This document shows positions 57,871 to 64,000 of a DNA stretch of 64,000 bases, one piece after another. Location: NCBI RefSeq assembly GCF_009914755.1, contig NC_060942.1. The stretch is one strand, 5' to 3'. A model generated the notes under the pieces. The model had not been told where the DNA came from, made no database searches, and worked only from the letters and a program-made list of their open reading frames with translations. A program made the translations under genes and the position numbers. Positions within the stretch are counted from its first letter, which is position 1. The number at the start of each line of letters is the position of its first letter. The stretch is from the human T2T-CHM13v2.0 reference genome, Homo sapiens.

Positions 57871-58430
57871 TTTCATTCATTTATTAATTTGTTAAATATT
57901 TATTGAGAACATATTCTTTGCCAAAGCTTGAGCTAAGTGCTAGGGGAAAAGGGTGAACATTATAACTCCTATTTTGCAGAAAAAGGTAGACTATAAATTA
58001 TTATACTAGAACATAAGTGTTATTAGAGAGGTGTTCACTTATTGAAATATTTGACAGCTTGTCGTGCATCAGACACTGTGTCCTAGGTGTTTTGAAAAAG
58101 TAATAATTAAGAAACAGTGCCTATTCTCAGACAGAGATTTTAGCTAATGGGGTGGCTGGCACATAAGCAGTTAAAGTATGATATATTATCGTATAATGGT
58201 GGTATGCATAAAGTACATTGGGAATATTAGGATGGAGTGTCTAAGTCTTCTTGGAACAGATTTCTTTGTGGGAGTGATGTTGAATTCTGCTCTGAAAGAG
58301 AGTTAAGATTTCTGGGTGGATCAGTTGGTAAAGGGCATGCCAAGCCAAGGCACAGAACTGTGATGGTATGAGTATTACTGAAGCATAAGGCTGAAGAAAT
58401 AATTGAGGGTCAGGTTGTGACAGGTCTTGC
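57871..58430 (-). mobile_element. LINE-2 3' fragments (two tails)
   Basis: ttcattcatt...aaatatttattgag...ctaagtgctagggga; a second tail begins near 58033. Confidence 0.6.
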
Positions 58431-59689
58431 TTTTGCCTAGATCACTATCCATTGCTCTCTCATGTCTTAACCTGTCATCCTGATTGTACCCTCTGACTTC
58501 TTTAGTCTCAGGATTTCTTCTTGCTTTGACTACATTTTCGGCTTACTTATCTTGACCTTGGTTCCTCTTCTTGGTCTTTGTCTCTAACTTGCCTGAAACT
58601 TAGTGCCTTCTGTCCCTTTTCTGCTTGAAGCTCCTGGGTCTGGGATGGATAATCTGAAATTCTCCAGGAAGTAAGAGAGTCACCTGCATGTCAGCTAGGG
58701 GAATTCTTTCCTTCTAAAAAGTGTTCATTGCCTGGAAATCATCTAATTTTACCACAGGATGCCTTGGCCACATCATACTATCTGCTTGAGTGGGCATACC
58801 TCAATATTCTTTTTTTTTTTTTACCCCAATTTCTATTCTTATTTGGGTAATTTTCTTGTCTCAAATATGGAAACAGAAATTTTTTGCTGTGATGTCATAG
58901 AGTATAAATACATACATATTTGTCTTTAGTAAGAACTGAATAAAAGTGATGACCAAAAAATTCTTATGACAATGAAATTATGACATCTAATTTCTTTTCC
59001 TCGAATTTATGATGATTAGAGTATCTATAATATTTTCTTTATCCTTTTCTGGATTTTCCTAATTTTGTAAATTTACCATTTTTTTCTTCCAGAATTTCCC
59101 TTTAAAGTCTGTCTGATATTATATCCATGTTTTAAAAGTGTTGTGTGTAATTTTTTGGAAATTTATGCCTTTCTAATAATCCTTCTTTGTTGTTTTATAT
59201 AAAAGATAAGGGAATCCAGTCACTTTGCCACTAAGAACTACTAGGTACATATTTTTGTGAAATTCTACTTTAGGATTTGAACTGGAAGAATCTTTGGTGG
59301 GAAACCAGGGTAAAATATAAAAGAGAGAAGTTAGAAAATTGAATAAAACATACCTGAGACATAGCTATCTGCTGGGCTTAGAATTGAGTTTGTAGTCTAA
59401 GGTTATTCTTTCTTACATGATAGAAATTATATAATTATTTAGCTTTCTTTTACTTTTATTATTATTGTATTTATTTTTCCATAAGTTATTGAGGTGCAGG
59501 TGGTGTTTGATTACATGAGTAAGTTCTTTAGTGGTGATTTGTGAGATTTTGGTGCACCCATCACCCGAGCAGTATACACTGCATCATATTTATAGTCTTC
59601 TATCCCTCCTCCACCTCCCATTCTTCCCCTCAAGTCCTCAAAGTCCATTGTATCATTCTTATGCCTTGGTGTCTTCATAGCTTAGGTCC

Positions 59690-62600
59690 CACATATCAGT
59701 GAAAACATATGATGTTTGGTTTTCCATTCCTGACTTACAAAACTCAGAATAATAGTCTCCAATCTCATTCAGGTTACTGCAAATGCTGTTAATTGATTCA
59801 TTTTTATGGCTGCATAGTATACATATAGTATATGTATACATGTATATATGCATATATTTACACATGTATATATGCATATATGTACACATGTATATATGTA
59901 TATATGTACACATGTATATATGTATATATGTATATATGTATATGTACATGTGTATATGTATATATGTATATGTACATGTGTATATGTATATATGTATATA
60001 CATGTGTATATGTATATATGTATATGTACACGTGTATATGTATATATGTATATGTACACGTGTATATATGTGTATACACACGTGTATATATGTGTATACA
60101 CACGTGTGTATATATATGTGTGTGTATATATATGTATATATACCACAGTTTCTTTATTCACTTGTTGATTGAGGGGCATTTGGGTTGGTTCCATGATTTT
60201 GCAATTGTGAATTGTGCTGCTATAAACATGCGTGTGCAAATATCTTTTTCATATAATGACTTCTTTTCCTCTGGGTAGATACTCAGTAGTGGGATTGCTA
60301 GATCACATGGTAGTTCTACTGTTAGTTCTTTAAGGAATCTCCAAACTGTTTTCCATAGTGGCTGTACTATTTTACATTCTCACCAGCAGTGTAGAAGTGT
60401 TCCCTGTTCACCGCATCTATGCCAACATCTACTGTTTTGTGATTTGTTGATCATGGCCATTCTTGCAGGAGTAAGGTAGTATATTGCATTGTGGTTTTGA
60501 TTTGCATTTCCCTGATAATTAGTGATGTCAAGCATTTTTTCATATGTTTGTTGGCTCTTCGTGTATCTTCTTTTGAGAATTGTCTATTCATGTCCTTAGA
60601 ACTCTTTTTGATGGGACTGTTTGTTTTTTTCTTACTGATTTGGTTAAGTTCATTGTAGATTTTGGATATTAGTCCTTTGTCAGATGTATAGATTGTGAAG
60701 ATTTTCTTCCACTCTGTGGGTTGTCTGTTTACTCTGCTGGCTGTTCCTTTTGCCATGCAAAAGCTCTTTAGTTTAATTAGGTGCCAGCTGTCTACCTTTC
60801 TTTTTATTGCATTTGCTTTTGGGTTCTTGATCATGAAGTCCTTGCCTAAGCCAATGCCCAGAAGGGTTTTTCCAATGTTGTCTTCTAGAATTTTTATACT
60901 TTCAGGTCTTAGGTTTAAGTCCTTAATCCATCTTGAGTTGATTTTTGTATATAGTGAGAAATGAGGATCCAGTTTCATTCTCCTACATGTGACTAGCCAA
61001 TTATCCTAGCACCATTTGTTGAAAAGGATGTCCTTTCTCTACTTTATGTTTTTGTTTGCTTTGTCAAAGATCAATTGGCTGTAAGTATTTGGCTTTATTT
61101 CTGGGTTCTCTATTCTGTTCCATAGGTCTATGTGCCTATTTTTATACAAGTACCATGCTGTTTCGGTGACTATGGCCTTACAGTATAGTTTGAAATCAGG
61201 TAATGTGATGCCTCCAGATTTCTTCTTTTTGCTTAGTCTTGCTTTGCCTATATGAGCTCTTTTTTGGTTCCATATGAATTTTAGGATTGTTTTTTCTAAT
61301 TCTGTGAAGAATCATGGTGGTATTCTGATGGGGATTGCATTGAATTTGTAGATTGCTTTTGGCAGTATGGTCATTTTCACAATATTGATACTACTCATTT
61401 GTGAGGATGGGATGTGTTTCCATTTGTTTGTGTTGTCTGATTTCTTTCAGCAGTATTTTGTAGTTTCCCTTGTAGAGGTCTTTCAACTCCTTTGTTAGGT
61501 GTATTCCTAAGTCTTTCACATTTTTGCAGCTATCATAAAAGGGGTTGAGTTCTTGATTTGATTCTCTGCTTGGCTGTTGTTTGTGTATAGAAGAGCTACT
61601 GATTTGTGTACATTAATCTCATATGCAGAAACTTTGCTAAATTGTTTTATCAGTTCCAGGAGCTATCTGGAGGATTCTTTAGACTTTTCTAGGCAAACAA
61701 TCATATATCACCAAACAGTGACAGTTTGACTTCCTTTTTACTGATGTGGATGCCCTTTATTTCTTTCTGTGGCCTGATTGCTCTGGGTAGGACTTCCAGT
61801 ACTATGTTGAAGAGGAGTGGTGAGAGTGGCCATCCTTGTCTTGTTCCAGGTCTCAGAGGAAAAGCTTTCAACTTTTCCCCATTCAGTATTATGTTGGCTG
61901 TGGGTCTGTCATAGAAGGCTTTTATTACATGAAGGTATGCCCCTTGTATGTTGATTTTGCTGAGAGTTTTAATCATAAAGCGATGCTGGATTTTGTCAAA
62001 TGCTTTTTCTGCATCTATTGAGATGATCATGTGATTTTTGTTTTTAATTCTGTTTATGTGGTATATCACATTTATTGACTTGCGTATGTTAAACCATCCC
62101 TGCATCCCTGGTATGAAATCCACTTGATCATAGTGCATTATCTTCTTGACATGTTGTTGGATTTGGTTAGCTAGTATTTTATTAAGGATTTTAGCATCTA
62201 TGTTCATCAAAGATACTGGTGGATAGTTTTCTTTTTTGGTTTTCTCCTTTCCTAGTTTTGGTATTAGGGTGATGCTGGCTTCATAGACTGAATTAGGGAG
62301 GGTTCCTTCTTTCTCTATCTTGTGGAATAATGTCAAAAGGATTGGTACCAATTCTTCTTTGAATGTCTGGTAGAATTCTGGTATAAATGCCTCTGGTCCT
62401 GGACTGTTTGTGTTGGTAATTATTTAATTTCCATTTCAATCTCGCTGCTTGTTATTAGTCTGTTCAGGGTATGTAATTCTTTCTGATTTAAGCTAGGAAG
62501 GTTGTATTTTTCTAGGAATTTATCCATCTTGTCTAGGTTTTCTAGTTCATGAGCATAAAGGTGTTCATAGTAGAGTTGGATGATCTTTTGTATTTCTGTG

Positions 62601-63801
62601 GTGTCAGTTGTAATATTTCCTGTTATGTTTCTTAGTGAGGTTATTTGGATTTTCTGTCTTCTTTTCTTGGTAAATCTTGCTAATAGTCTATCAATATTAT
62701 TTATCTTTTCAAAGAACCAGCTTTTTGTTTCATTTATCTTCTGTATTATTTTTGTTTCAATTTCATTTAGTTCTGCTCTGGTCTTGGTTATTTCCTTTCT
62801 TCTGCTGGGTTTGGGTTTGGTTTGCTCTTTTTTCTCTAGTTCCTTGAAGTGTGACCTTAGATTACCTGTTTGTGCTCTTTCAGACTTTTCGATGTAAGCA
62901 TTTAGGGCTACGAATTTTCCTCTTATCACTGCCTTTACTGTATCCCAGAGGTTTTGATAGGTTGTGTCATTATTGTCATTCAGCTTGAAGAATTTTTTAA
63001 TTTCCATCTTGATTTCATTTTTGACCCAATGCTCATCCAGGAGCAGGTTACTTAATTTCTATGTATTTGCATGGTTTTGAAGGTTCCTTTGGAGTTGATT
63101 TCCAGTTTTATTCCCCTGTGGTTTGAGAGAGTGCTTGATATAATTTCAATTTTCTTAAATTTATTGAGGCTCGTTTGATGGCCTATCATATGGTCTATCT
63201 TGGAGAAAGTTCCATGCGCTGCTGAATAGAATGTGTATTCTGCAGTTGTTGGATAAAATGTTCTGTATATATCTGTTAAGTCCATTTGTTCAAGGTATAG
63301 TCTAAGTTCATTGTTTCTTTGTTGCCTTTATGTCTTGATGACCTGTCTAGTGCTGTCAGTGGAGTATTGAAGTCCCCCACTATTATTGTGTTGCTGTCTA
63401 TCTCATTTCTTAGATCTATTAGTAATTGTTTTATAAATTTGGGAGCTCCAGTGTTAAGTGAATATATGTTTAGGATTGTGATATTTTCCTGTTGGACAAG
63501 GCTTTTTACCATTAAATAATGTCCCTCTTTGTCTCTTTTAACCACTGTTGCTTTAAAGTTTGTTTTGTCTAATATAAGAATAGCTACCCCTGCTCGCTTT
63601 TGGTGTCTATTTGCATGAAATGTCTTTTTTCACCCCTTTAAGTTTATGTGAGTCTTTATGTGTTAGGTGAGTCTCCTGAAGGCAGTAGATGGTTGGTGAG
63701 TTCTTTTCCACTCTGTGTTTCTTTATTTTTTTAAGTGGAGCATTTAGGCCATTTACATTCAATGTTAGTATTGAAATGTGAGGTACCATTGCTTTCATCA
63801 T
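59690..63801 (-). pseudogene. Disrupted L1 ORF2
   Basis: ILTLNVNGLN, CLQETHL and GDFNTPL (EN); [24 protein letters not shown] and LFGDI* (RT, stop at the catalytic motif). Confidence 0.93.
59818..60142. repeat. ~325-bp alternating purine-pyrimidine TA/TG/CA repeat inside L1PB1
   Basis: Higher-order units such as ATATATGTACACATGT and TATGTACACGTG; source of the Y/I/C/H-rich spurious ORFs. Confidence 0.95.
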
Positions 63802-64000
63802 GATTTTTTTTGGATGTGTACTTTGTGTGTGTTTTTTTTTCTTTTTAACTTGTATTTTTGTTTTATAGGTCCTATGTGATTTATGCTTTGAAGAGATTCT
63901 GTTTTGATGTGTTTCCAGGATTTGTTTTTTCAAGATTTAGAGCTCCTTTTAGCAGTTCTTATAGTGGTGGCTTGGTAATGGTGAATTCTCTCAGCATTTG

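Larger units (their letters stand above)
59444..64000 (-). mobile_element. L1PB1-like LINE-1, continuing past the window end
   Basis: tttccataagttattg...aagttctttagtggtgatttgtgagattttggtgcacccatcacccgagcagtatacactg; ORF2 remnant, then ORF1 3' end. Confidence 0.95.

Noticed and set aside
59659-60278. Six overlapping Tyr/Ile/Cys/His-rich ORFs
   Set aside because: Translation of an alternating RY simple repeat that lacks stop codons

Overview
Primate (simian, probably human or another catarrhine, given AluY and L1PA6) AT-rich non-coding DNA. About half of it, by my approximate coordinates, is LINE-1. The large elements are a full-length decayed L1PA6-like copy (5608-11712, -), a full-length L1PB1-like copy (15258-21910, +), a full-length ancient L1MA9-like copy (31120-39837, -) and a second L1PB1-like copy (59444 to the window end, -). 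The L1MA9-like copy carries five nested younger insertions and a fossil ~140-bp monomer array in its 5'UTR. There are also many L1 fragments, Alus, four ERVL/MaLR solo LTRs (MLT1D/E, THE1C/D, two convergent MLT2A1), MIR, L2, MER5 and MER63 fossils, and microsatellites. I recognise no host protein-coding gene, RNA gene or intact retrotransposon ORF. Nearly all supplied ORFs are broken L1/Alu frames or simple repeats. I cannot support a new biological system. The best second-look items are a 12-kb cluster of LTRs with DUX4-type motifs that includes the convergent MLT2A1 pair, the monomer array, parallel expansion of one proto-microsatellite in both L1PB1 copies, and a few candidate exons and enhancers. 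Subfamily names come from recalled consensus motifs and need Dfam/RepeatMasker confirmation. Boundaries of old elements are approximate.
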